A DNA stretch of 64,000 bases from Octopus vulgaris (Eukaryota), in NCBI GenBank assembly GCA_951406725.2, contig OX597828.1, positions 39,866,001 to 39,930,000 on the forward strand, read 5' to 3'. A program made the position numbers and the translations under genes. Below the pieces are notes generated by a model that was given only the letters and a program-made list of their open reading frames with translations, made no database searches and was not told the DNA's origin. Numbering within the stretch: position 1 is the stretch's first letter; each line of letters opens with the position of its first letter. Shown in pieces: positions 52,478 to 64,000 of the stretch.

Positions 52478-53025
52478 CTAAAAAAACAAAAACAGAGCAA
52501 TGATGAAGTCTTTGAAACAATTAATACAACACAAATCAAATTTTTGTTTTTGTAATGACACATCTTGTTATGTTCTAGTAACAACTACAAAATCAAACCT
52601 GGACTTATTTAGATAAACTGTATATAGAACTCTTCCAGATGAGAGAGTTTGTGTTTTAACATTTTTCTTAGGCATTGTGAGACCAACAACCCGATACAGA
52701 ATTCAATATACTTATGTTTCAGAATGAAGTGTTGGCAGAATATAGAGCGATAATAAGAAAATGAGATGACAAAAGAATAAATGATTATGTAATGAATTTC
52801 ATTAGCTTCCAGCTGTTTCTGCTAAAAGATGTAGTGGACTCGTAGTTGAGTGCCTGAATGATACCTTATAGCTTCATTAGAACCTTGAATAAAATGTATA
52901 ATTTATTTGAGAAAGAGACACCTAGGGAAACTATAAACTCACATGAGCATTTTACAGTGCTTTAAATTCCCTCTTCAAGAGGTCAATAACTGACAATAAA
53001 AAAAAGCAAACAATAAGCTAATTTC

Positions 53026-53590
53026 CAGAAGTTCCAGAGGGTTTCTCTGACACAGGATTCCATCAGTTTGGCGATGCAGCTAGTAAGACTAACGGGGCGA
53101 TAGTTGACAGGTGATGTGCAGTCACCTTTTTTGAACAGAGGGATAACACTGGCAGTTTTCCACTACTCTGGAGTAACACCATTGTCAAGACAGAATTGAA
53201 AGAATAGCGAAAGTTGGTTTAGAAGAAAGTACCCACCGCGTTTGAGAAGTAGGTATGTAATACCATCGAGACCAGGAGAAGCATAATTACGTTTATTCTT
53301 AAGGTGGCGTTGTAGCATTGCTGGTGTAAATTTCACAGTAGTTATAGAGTCCAGTGTCAGAGGTGATGGAGATGGAACATTTTGATCTTCGACAGTAAAG
53401 ATGCCTGCATAGCATCCAGGAATGATTTCTGCACATTCTTTGGGATTGCCAGTAATCTGCCCTGCGTGGAGATTGCGAAGGGGACCAACTGGAGAGTGAG
53501 GTTTCTGCTTTGAATGTACATACTTCCAGAACACTTTGCTGTCAGGGTTGGTTGCTATGCGCTGTTCGAATTCAAGCACAGCTTTTTTTT
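53026..53590 (-). mobile_element. CR1/L2-group LINE ORF2 fragment (tether and start of RT)
   Basis: KVFWKYV...SPGLDGI...TPE*WKTASVIPLFKKGDCTSPVNYRPVSLTSCIAKLMES; in-frame stop. Confidence 0.92.
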
Positions 53591-55878
53591 TGTAGGTAAA
53601 GATATGAGGGTAGTTAACCCTTTTATTACCATATTTCTGTTGAAATACACTGCTTTTGTAATGAAGAATTTAGTGAAATAGTTTTATCATTAAGCTGGTA
53701 TTTGGAACATAAATTCTCTTGAAATTTTAATGGAAATTTATATCATAGAACTAGGGAGAGTCTCAGGTGGGTTGCTATCAAAAGGGTTAGAAACTATAGG
53801 ATGATCTTTACAAAATGGTTGATGAAACAGTGGTGTGTTCAACACTATAGTCATTTCTATTGTGCAATCTAACAATAATTGTGCAGCAACACCAATAACC
53901 TACAAATCTGAGATGTACTGGAAAAATATTCTACAAATGTTTTCCCATGAATTGTGATTCATTGAAACTAAAGTGAACATATATTTGCTGGGAGAGACAC
54001 TCATATATATAAGACACTTCAAATGTCTATGGATGTTTGCATATGTCTGAATGCTTTGCAGAAAAAAAATACACAAGTGAAGAAACACAGTAATTACATT
54101 CTTCAAAATATCATTGGGAAAGGGGTTCTGCAATATTTATAAGACTATGAAGAGGATCTGAAGTACCAAAAATATTGCAAGAATAATGGACTACAAGGGC
54201 AAGATTTCAGGCTTCAAGTTAAGAAAATGGTAGAAAGAGTTACAGAAAGTTATTTCAATTTGTACCATGACGAGAAATTTCAGAGGATAGATTTCTGGTG
54301 AGACAAACCCAAGTTCTTAGCTTAGAATGCAGTACTGTATTTTCCAAAATACAAGCTGATGTAGTATATAGTGTAAGCATATAATGTAAACATTCAAACA
54401 TCATTGTTTTCCCAAATCTGGCTGCGTTTCACATGAAATTTTTGGTCCTCAAAATTTGTCTCAGTGAATAAGTCAAACTACTTTTGAACCCAGAACACAT
54501 GGTGTCAGGACAAGTGCTGCAAGGCATTCTATCCAATTCTCTGATATTCTGCCAGTTCATCACCCTAACTGAATAGATTATAAGAGCAGTTAGGATGGTG
54601 TTATAAGCAGTAGTGGAATCAGCCACAAGCTCCATTAGAAGTTTAATGTTGAAGAGAGTTTTTGTCAAGTTTCTGCAAGTAGCTCACTTCTGTTTGTCTT
54701 GGTCCTGGTGCAATTACATTAAAAGAAGAGATTTATGTTAAGATCACTTTTCGTATTTAATAATAAGTAAAGTGTGTGGCCAAGTTTAGAACAACAGGAA
54801 ATGTGTCATCTGGCCTTCATTTATCATTTTTATCAGGAAGATATACATACATATATTTATATATAACACATAAAATTATGGGTCAAATGAGAGTGTAAAA
54901 GAACATTTGTAACAAGACTATTCAAAAGTATTGTTCATAACAAAATAGCCATCTTTCTTAATCAAAGTAACTATAATTACTGCAATCTACATACAGATCT
55001 ACTCAGATGGAAATATGAATATGCTGAAACTCAAGTACATTTTTTTTTAGTCAACATAAAAAACATAAATTGTTAACATAATTTGTGTGCATCAAGGTAG
55101 ACATTTGGCCAATTACAATTGAATTTCAAACATTTTTTTTAAATAGGATTTTTAGTGAAGAAAGGTAATTTGGTTAAAAATCAGACAACAATTTATAATA
55201 ACAATTTATAATAATGTTTTGACAAATGATATGATAAAAATTTATACATCCGAAGAAAGAAGGACATAGAAGCCGTTATGGCTAAGAAAGAAAACCATGT
55301 TGATCACTTGTTACAATTATGTCAAATACCCCCCGTATTTCATACAAGTGATATAGTTCTGTTCCATATGATATAATTTGTTTTAATAGATGTATTTTAG
55401 TAGAGTCACAATTAGCATTCACTAAACATATGCATTAATATTACTATTCTTCTAAAAAAAATAATTTCATATTGAAAATGCTGTCAACTGATTGACAATA
55501 TAATAAATCTTCTTGAAATACACGAGGCATCTAGAAGCACTGTCTGGTAACATTAGAGAAAGAGAGAATAAAACCATAACAATGCAGTAAATACAACATA
55601 CAGTTTTACCATTTCACCCCTTTCATTACCAAATTTCTGCTGAAATACATAACTTTTGTTTTAATAAAACTCTGAAAATAATGAAGAATTTAATGAAATA
55701 ACATCGTCATTATGAAGCTGGTGTTTGGAACACAAATTATCATAAAATTTTGATGGAAGACTTTAATTTAGATAACTTTAAAACTGAAAGTTTGTATCCT
55801 TAATCCAGGGGCAGTTTCTGGCAACTTAGTATCAAAAGGGTCCAAACATCTTCAAGTTTCAACTCTTGAAAAGTACTT

Positions 55879-56282
55879 TACTCTTTTACTTGTTTCAGTC
55901 ATTTGACTGCGACCATGCTGAAGCACCGCCTTTAGTCGAGCAACTCGACCCCGGGACTTATTCTTTTGTAAGCCCAGTACTTATTCTATTGGTCTCTTTT
56001 GCCAAACCGCTAAGTAACAGAGACATAAACACACCAGCATCGGTTGTCAAGCAATGCTAGGGGGACAAACACAGACACACACACACACACATGCATATAT
56101 ATATATATATACATATATATGACGGGCTTCTTTTAGTTTCCGTCTACCAAATCCACTCACAAGGCTTTGGTTGGCCCGAGGCTATAGCAGAAGACACTTG
56201 CCCAAGATGCCATGCAGTGGGACTGAACCCGGAACCATGTGGTTGGTTAGCAAGCTACTTACCACACAGCCACTCCTGCGCC
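55879..56282 (-). mobile_element. SINE family A, young full copy
   Basis: Reverse complement of 56561-56970 at high identity. Confidence 0.9.
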
Positions 56283-56560
56283 CAATTTTTTTTTTTTTTT
56301 TTGCAAATCATACCTGAGAAATTTCCAATCTAACAGTAGTGGCAGTGGTATTTTCTGGTGTCCATTCTATCCCATCCATCAGTTGACCAAAAGTTCAAAG
56401 TTTTAATTATTTTTTTCCTCACAGATCTTACTAGTTCAACAGATGAATGAAACAAAATACTAATTACCTTGAAACATTGGTTTCCTTGTCTTATTAACAA
56501 CAAAAAAATTATCTCAGACTTTTAATATGCAATACATTACTATTAGAATATTGTATAATA

Positions 56561-56722
56561 GGCGCAGGAGTGGCTGTGTGGTAAGTAGCTTGTTTACCAA
56601 CCACATGGTTCCGGGTTCAGTCCCACTGCGTGGCACCTTGGGCAAGTGTCTTCTGCTATAGCTCCGGGCCAACCAATGCCTTGTGAGTGGATTTGGTAGA
56701 CGGAAACTGAAAGAAGCCCGTC

Positions 56723-56765
<43 letters not shown>

Positions 56766-56970
56766 TGTGTGTGTTTGTCCCCCTAGCATTGCTTGACAAC
56801 CGATGCTGGTGTGTTTATGTCCCCGTTACTTAGCGGTTCGGCAAAAGAGACCGATAGAATAAGTACTGGGCTTACAAAGAATAAGTCCCGGGGTCGAGTT
56901 GCTCGATTAAAGGCGGTGCTCCAGCATGGCCGCAGTAAAATGACTGAAACAAGTAAAAGGGTAAAGAGTA
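56561..56970 (+). mobile_element. tRNA-derived SINE family A (~400 bp, internal TA/TG microsatellite), young full copy
   Basis: A-box TGGCTGTGTGG, B-box GGTTCAGTCCC, tail GAAACAAGTAAAAG; many copies in window. Confidence 0.9.
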
Positions 56971-57910
56971 ATTCAAAAGTACTTTTAAGATTCTGTATAT
57001 GTATATATATGTGTAATGAAGGTGTGACTGTGTTGTATGATGTTTGCTTCACAATCACATGGTTCTGGGTTCAGTCTCACTAAATGGTATCTTAGGCAAG
57101 TATCTTTTACTATAACTCCAGGCTGACTAAAGCATTATGAGTGGATTTGGTTGAAAGAAACTGAAAGAAGCCTGTTTTGTGTGTGTATGTATGTGTATAC
57201 TTTGTGTGTTTGTCCCCTGCGCCACAGGACAATCAAGTCAAATTACCTTTCTTTTAATACCTTCAGTTCTACACATTCATAATAAAAATTCTGAAGTCTA
57301 AAACGTGTTCATTTAATTGAATATTTTAAGTGGACATGACTAAAAATAAAAATGAAACAAATATTAACACATTTCATTAGAGAACTCCTAGACAACAACC
57401 ACATTTTAAATACGAAAAAAAGAAAACCCCACGAAATAACAAAATAACAACTAAATCAGAATTACGTGTATTTTCTCTAAGTTGGTTTGACTGGCCTATA
57501 TATGAGATTCCTTCCCATTCAACAGATTTATTTCTACACAGTAATTGCAGGTGAACGATAAATCTAACTGAACAGGGCTTCATAGTCAGGGGAGATAACC
57601 CAAAAAGTAAAGAAAAGATGAGTGTTGAATTCTAAACATTGTTGTTACCATATTTCTGTTGAAATACATTGCTTTTGTTTCAATTAATCTTAAGAATAAT
57701 AAAGAATTCATTAAAATGACTAGGTCGTTATTAAACTGTGTAGAATATGCATTAACATGGAACTTTGATATAAGGTGTTAATTCAGGTAACTTAAAAATG
57801 GTATTTTTTTTATAAAACTACGAGCAGTCTCAGGCAGATCGGTATCGAAGAGGCTAAGTCTACCATTGCTACAGCATGATGTGCAATTCTTTATTCATTC
57901 ATTCATTTAT

Positions 57911-58190
57911 AGCGCCGCCCTGACTGGCCTCCGTGCCAGTGGAACGTAAAAAGCACCATCCGATCGTTGCCGTTTGCCAGCCTCGTCTGGCACCTGTGCC
58001 GGTGGCATGTAAAAAGCACCCACTACACTCACGGAGTGGTTGGCGTTAGGAAGGGCATTCAGCTGTAGAAACACTGCCAGATCAGACTGGGCCTGGTGCA
58101 GCCTTCTGGCTTCCCAGACCCCAGTTGAACCATCCAACCCATGCTAGCATGGAAAGCGGACGTTAAACGATGATGATGAATGATGATGAT
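57911..58190 (+). mobile_element. Retroposon family D: 5'-truncated copies with internal GGTGGCACGTAAAAAGCACC repeats and (GAT)n tail
   Basis: Shared 3' end AGCATGGAAAGCGGACGTTAAACGATGATG and variable 5' ends; other copies ~13645-14150, 24137-24512(-), 32705-32912, 33250-33550, 46910-47195, 49750-50066, 61100-61607. SINE or LINE 3' UTR not resolved. Confidence 0.8.
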
Positions 58191-58558
58191 TGAATCAATT
58201 ATGGTGAAATTGGTTGTGGTCTGATTTGAATTTACATTATGCAGCACAAAATTAATGCAACAGTCCAGTGTTCCTACTAATGTTTTAAATTGCAATGGAA
58301 CTCAAACGGAACCTTAACTGCACTAGTCTCTCAGTTACAACGGTGTTTAACACAAAAAAAGGGCCTACATAGGCAATCAGAAACAACAACCAAATATTTC
58401 TCAAATTACATTCAACTGTCTTAAAATAGAAAAGGACACGCAGGGTGATGTAATCCAAGATATACTACATGTGATTAAAAATGGGATTGTCAAGGGTGGA
58501 ACACCTTTCATCCCAGGTCTGGATAATCAGAAGGGTTGATCTGAAGACCCAAGATTAA

Positions 58559-59182
58559 CCCTTTCGTTACTGTATTTATTTTGAGATACTCTATGTTTAC
58601 TCTTTTACTCTTTTTACTTGTTTCAGTCATTTGACTGCGGCCATGCTGGAGCACCGCCTTTAGTCAAGCAAATCGACCCCGGGACTTATTCTTTGTAAGC
58701 TCAGTACTTATTCTATCAGTCTCTTTTGCCGAACCACTAAGTGACGGGGACGTAAACACACCAGCATCGGTTGTCAAGCAATGCTAGGGGAACAAACACA
58801 GACACACAAACATATACACACACACTTATATGTATATACATATATACGACAGGCTTCTTTCAGTTTCTGTCTACAAATCCACTCACAAGGCATTGGTCGG
58901 CCCGGGGCTATAGCAGAAGACACTTGCCCAAGTGGGACTGAACCCGGAACCATGTGGTTGGTTAGCAAGCTACTTACCACACAGCCACTCCTGCGCCTGT
59001 TTGTTTCAATTACTTTAAATATAACAAAGAATTTAGTAAAATAAATTAGTTATCATAAAATAGTGTTAGGAACATAAATTGTGACTAAGGTTTGGTGAAA
59101 GATTTTAATTCAAAACTTGTGAAAACAAGACAATTTGTACTCAGAGCCAGAGCCGGTTTCAGGCGGGTTGGTAACGAAAGGG
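58559..59182. mobile_element. piggyBac-type MITE family 2 with a nested SINE (58598-58997)
   Basis: TTAA-CCCTTTCGTTAC...GTAACGAAAGGG-TTAA perfect TIR; older related copies near 53615-53790, 55615-55840, 57640-57855. Confidence 0.85.
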
Positions 59183-62100
59183 TTAAGCATAAATATAACA
59201 ATATAAATGGTGGCATCAGCCTGCCTGTTGTCTATCCCTTTACTTCCTGTATTCATTTTTTAACTGGTTCCAATAATTGTATTGTGACCATGCTGGGGCA
59301 ACACCTTCAAGATAATAGTTAATTTATTCAAGTTCTATTTCTTGACTGGTGTTTAGTGGATTTAACTTTATAAGATGAAAAGCAGTTGATCTGGGTGAGA
59401 TTTGAACTCTGAATGTAAATATCACAACCAATTCTACTGTTTACTACTCCAAGAAACTCATGGGCCTCCTCAGTTTTATGTATCAAATGTTTTCAGGAAA
59501 TGCTACTTGGACAACTTTTTTCACACTTATTTTTCTATCTTTCAATTTTTTATTCACGAGATTCATAAAAAAAAAAATGTATATTCAATGAAGAAAAATA
59601 AATCCTGATACTTTGTTGAAGACCCTTTATTTTTTGAAAAATGGCCGCCTCTGAAATGATAGAACTCCCCTTGTATTACATCATATAAACTCATTTAATT
59701 TCATGAAGTTTATTAGCTGTGGAAAACTGTCCACAATTAAAAACAACAAAATACTCACTACAAGATGTAGATGGCAGCAGAGAGTGTAAAACTACTGTTA
59801 CTTGCCCAAGACTCTAATGTTTTGTCCTAAATGCAGTGGTTCCCAACCATTTTTTGCCCATGGATTCCTTCAATTCCTATTTTACTCTAACAGACTGCCA
59901 TGTTAACAAGAAAATTCTATTATATTTTTATAATTAAATATTAGGAATTGTATTTAAAAAATTGTTAGAATATTTTCTGTATTATATAGAAGTATAACCA
60001 ATTTATAGCTCATGAACCTTAACAACAAAATCTTATGTGAACCCTGGTTGAGAAGCGCTGGCCTACATAATCTAACAGTAGCAAAAATCACTTCTGATCT
60101 GACAAACTCCCCTCTTCACATTTCTATTATCTGTGAAAAAAGAGGAAGTGTCTAACACCCATTACTTATTTTTAGGCTTTCCTATTGTAATTTTTCCTGG
60201 GGAATAGAAAAGTAAAAACAGCACACAATAGTCAACAGAATGTGTTATTGGTGGCAGGAAGTTCAAGAGTGTGGGAATGAACACAAACAGTTGAATGCAT
60301 AAATGTTGGTGGTGGGCGTCTGGAGTTTAGAGAAACAAAAGCTGTTGTTGTAGTGATAGAAGACACAGACAGAAGGCATGTCTCGATAGTCCTTCAGACA
60401 GAGTTACACATCAAAAAGCTATCTTTCACCTGTTCTCGTTGAATATCTATAACAATACAATTGTGTTATCTACTACATTCTTCTACAAATGATTTCCAAT
60501 CACTGCTTCTGAACTGATTAAAAAGTCATTCAGATCAACATAAAGCCTTCTTAGGGTCAGAGGTTACAGACACATGTGGTGAGCGAGGTAACACCACCTG
60601 GAAGTGGAATACAGTCAGAGAATAAAGGCTACAACCAGTAGTGAGTATCTGTTCCCTCAACCGATCAGGAAGTGAAGTAGAGCCAAAGGTTACAGACACA
60701 AGACAGCATAGTGGTTCCTCCGTCAAGAGGTAAACATGCATTGTAATCCCAGTTTAACCCGTTAATATTTAAACCAGTCATATCCAGCTCAAATATTCTA
60801 CATGTTTTGTGTTAAAACTGACCAGATCCAACCTCTCACACCTACCCTACAATGTTATTCTAAAAATAAACACTTGCATCATCAACACCTCAAAACTACA
60901 AGACAATGTGTGAATAATTCAAAACAATGTGAATAAATAAGCATTAGATTTGATAATCTGAATGCTGAAGGGTTAAATGAGACTCAATAACATAAACAAT
61001 ATCTTAATTCTGATATATTTGGGAATGAGAGTAAGAGAGAATGAGAGAGAGGGAGTCAGAGGGAGAGAGAGAGTCAAAGTCTGTCGTCAATAATAATTAA
61101 GACCCGGCAAGTAAAGTGAAATCGCAGTTGTGGCCGATGCCAGTGTCGCATAGCCAGCCCATTTAAAAGTATCCTTGAATCATTGGGTGATATGCTGTGC
61201 TTGAGATGACCTGTTGAGTCAAGTGAAATTGTAGTCATGGTCGATGTCAGGGCCACCAGACTGGTTCCCATGCTGGTGGCACGTAAAAAGCACCATCCGA
61301 ATGTGGTTGATGCCAGTGGAGCCTGACTGGCTCCTGTGCTGGTGGCACGTAAAAAGCACCATTTGAGTGTGACCGATACCAGTGCAGCCTGACTGGTGGC
61401 ACGTAAAAAGCACCATTCAAATGTGGTTCATGTCAGTGCTGCCTGACTGGCTTCCATGCCAGCGGTATGTAAAAAGCACCCAGCTGTAGAGTCCTTGCCA
61501 GATCAGATTGGAGCCTGGTGCAGCCTACTGGCTTGCCAGTCCTCAGTCAAACCGTTCAACCCATGGCCGTATGGGAAGCAGATGTTAAACAATGATGATG
61601 ATGATGAACCTTGGCACAAAACCAAAGTTTGGAGAGGGAAGCACTCAGTTTACTGACCCCTGATACACCAGTCTACCATTTCTACAAATTGGCATTATTT
61701 GACATTAGTAATTACAGTGGAGGCACATGACTTAGTGGTTAGGGTAAGCGGCTCACAATTTTAAGGTTGTGAGTTTGACTGCCACCTGCACATTGTGTCT
61801 TTGAGCAAAACACTTTACTTCACGTTGCTCCTGTCCACTAACTGGCAAAAAAAAAAACCCTGTAATTCAAAGGGCCAGCCTTGTCACATTCTGTGTCACA
61901 CTGAATCTCCTTGAGAACTACGTTAAGGGTACATGTGTCTGTGAAGTACTCAGCCACTTGCTTAGTAATTTCACAAGCAGGCTGTTCTATCGGTTGGATC
62001 AACTGGAACCCTCATCATTGTAACCAACAGAGTGCCAGACAGAGTAATTACAAGAGTTCCTTAATCTTCTTCCATCATCCCCTTTTCACCAAAAACACCA

Positions 62101-64000
62101 AACTCTGACTAGGTCCATCCTCTAGAACTAATCTATTTAATACCTCCAACTTAACCACTACCCCAACGTTATGTGTGGTTACACTACAACACTTGCTTTC
62201 CAAATGTACGAAATAAAAAATATATGAACATTGGTTTCAACTTTTGGCACAAGGCCAGCAATTGTGAGGAAGGGTGCAAATTGATTACATTGACCCCAGT
62301 ATTCAACTGGTACTTATTTCATCAATCTTGAAAGGATGAAAGGCAAATTCAAACCCAGAAGCATTTGAACTCAGAACATAATGTCACAAGAAATGCTGCT
62401 AAACACTTCTTCTGGTTTGGTAACGATTCTGTCAGCTTGCCGCCTTAATATATGAACATTAAACCTGCTCTTAATAAGACTAATAAGTTAAAAAGGGTAA
62501 TAAATATGGGTCCTTTTACTTGGAACTTTTACACATACCCTTCTTATACCACAAATTGTTTTTGATTCTTAAATTTATTTATTTTGTATTTTTTTTTAGG
62601 CTACTATTTGTAAAACTCTGCCTCAAAAAATACATCCAATCCATGCCAACATAGAAAAGCAAATGTGAAATGGCTACATTGACAATACTTTATATTTCTT
62701 ATGATTTAGTCAAAGGAGAAGGGGCAACACCCAGGAAATTTTGTAGGGATTCTGAAATTGATGGCAAGGAGAGATAGGAAGAAACCATGATTCACAGCTT
62801 ACCCCAAAACCTGCTTTAACTATCTGCAACAGTGTGGACCCAGTTAAAAACCATCCAAGGATAATGTGACAGCATTAACCCTTTAGCATTCAGATTACTT
62901 TGTCAAATGTAATGCTTATTTGAACCCCTTGTTTTGAATGGATCAGGTATTATCTCGTAGTTCTGAGATCTCGATGATGTGGTTATTTATTTTCAGAATG
63001 ACATAGTAGGGTAGGTGTGAGAGGCTAGATCTGGCCAGTTTCAACATAAAACTGGTAGAATATTAGGGCCTGTTATAGCCAGTTTTAATGCTAAAGGCTT
63101 AAACTAGATGACAAAACCTATCCTTAAAAAACAGATATATTCCATCTGATGGATCTCTCTACAGTGTTCTTCTTCCCAATTTGATTCACAGCGCTTGAAT
63201 CAATCCAAGACCACAGTAGAAGACACTTCCCTCAAGGTACTACACATGGAATCTAGCTTGGAATCATGAGACTGTGAAGCACACATCTTAGCCAATCACT
63301 CAACCATACATGACCCAGAGAGCCACACCTGGGCTTAAACCAAAATTTATCTGATATTCAGTGAGCTTGGAAGATAGTTGATTACTTCTACCTGCATGGC
63401 GTGAGCAGAGTCTAAAAGGATTGATGATAAAAAACTTAGAAAACCCGTCCAGGAGTGGCTTCCCAACCACATGGTTTTGGGTTCAGTCCCACTGCGTGGC
63501 ACCGTGGGCAAGTGTTTTCTACTATAGCCTCGGGCTGACCAAAGCCTTGTGAGTGAATTTGGTAGATGGAAACTGAAAGAAGCCCATCGTATATGTGTGT
63601 GTGTGTCAGTGTTTGTTCCTCCTCCATCGTTTGACAACCGATGCTGGTGTGTTTATGTCCCCGTAACTAAGTGGTTTGGCAAAAAAGACCAACAGAATAA
63701 GTACTAGGCTTACAAAGAAGTAATCTCAGTCCTGGGGTTGATTTGCTTGAATAAAGCGGTGCTCCAGCATGGCCGCAGTCAAATGACTGAAACCAGTAAA
63801 AGAATAAAAGAACAAAACCCATGCCAGCATGGAAAAGCAGATGAAAAATGATGACCATCATAATTTAACCTTAACACTGAGTCTGTTTAAGGAAATATCG
63901 ATTGTTGAGGGAGTTATACATGTATATTTGATTCTTATAGATGTCAGAGTGGGTGCTGACGTCTTAAGTTTTACATGATTTTTGATTTACACAGGGACTC

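Noticed and set aside
52800-52985. Minus-strand UUGAAGA and distant GAAACAGCUG, Penelope-like
   Set aside because: About 150 nt apart, no NUH triplet or stem I; at most a dead relic
55245-55295. Strong minus-strand acceptor TTTTCTTTCTTAG as a further SH2-gene exon
   Set aside because: Only a poor donor (GTATAA) follows and the peptide has no family similarity

Overview
Eukaryotic, AT-rich, repeat-dense genomic DNA, most likely from an octopus or related coleoid cephalopod (inferred from the tRNA-derived SINE families; not provable from this window alone). It holds two convergent intron-containing genes. (1) A complete 7-exon TM6SF1/TM6SF2-family (EXPERA-domain) membrane protein gene on + (CDS 481-667, 7168-7369, 12241-12323, 20340-20476, 21517-21600, 24015-24104, 26909-27331; 1206 nt, 401 aa, all GT-AG introns, phases consistent). 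(2) The last three coding exons of an SHB/SHD/SHE/SHF-family SH2 adaptor gene on - (52477-52309, 47908-47789, 45765-45582); its 5' part was not found and probably lies beyond the window. Both genes appear to have multi-kb 3' UTRs. The rest is SINEs of at least four families, TTAA-flanked piggyBac-type MITEs, three mariner-derived elements, LINE fragments, a probable solo LTR, mini- and microsatellites. Almost all other ORFs in the supplied track are artefacts of these repeats. I found no convincing new multi-gene system. The most interesting signals are a minimal type I hammerhead ribozyme with intact core antisense to the putative TM6SF 3' UTR (plus two degenerate relatives), a fold-back mariner derivative and an inverted young SINE pair that would form long intronic dsRNA, a palindromic NRF1/ETS cassette just upstream of TM6SF exon 2, and two speculative microexons in the SH2 gene.
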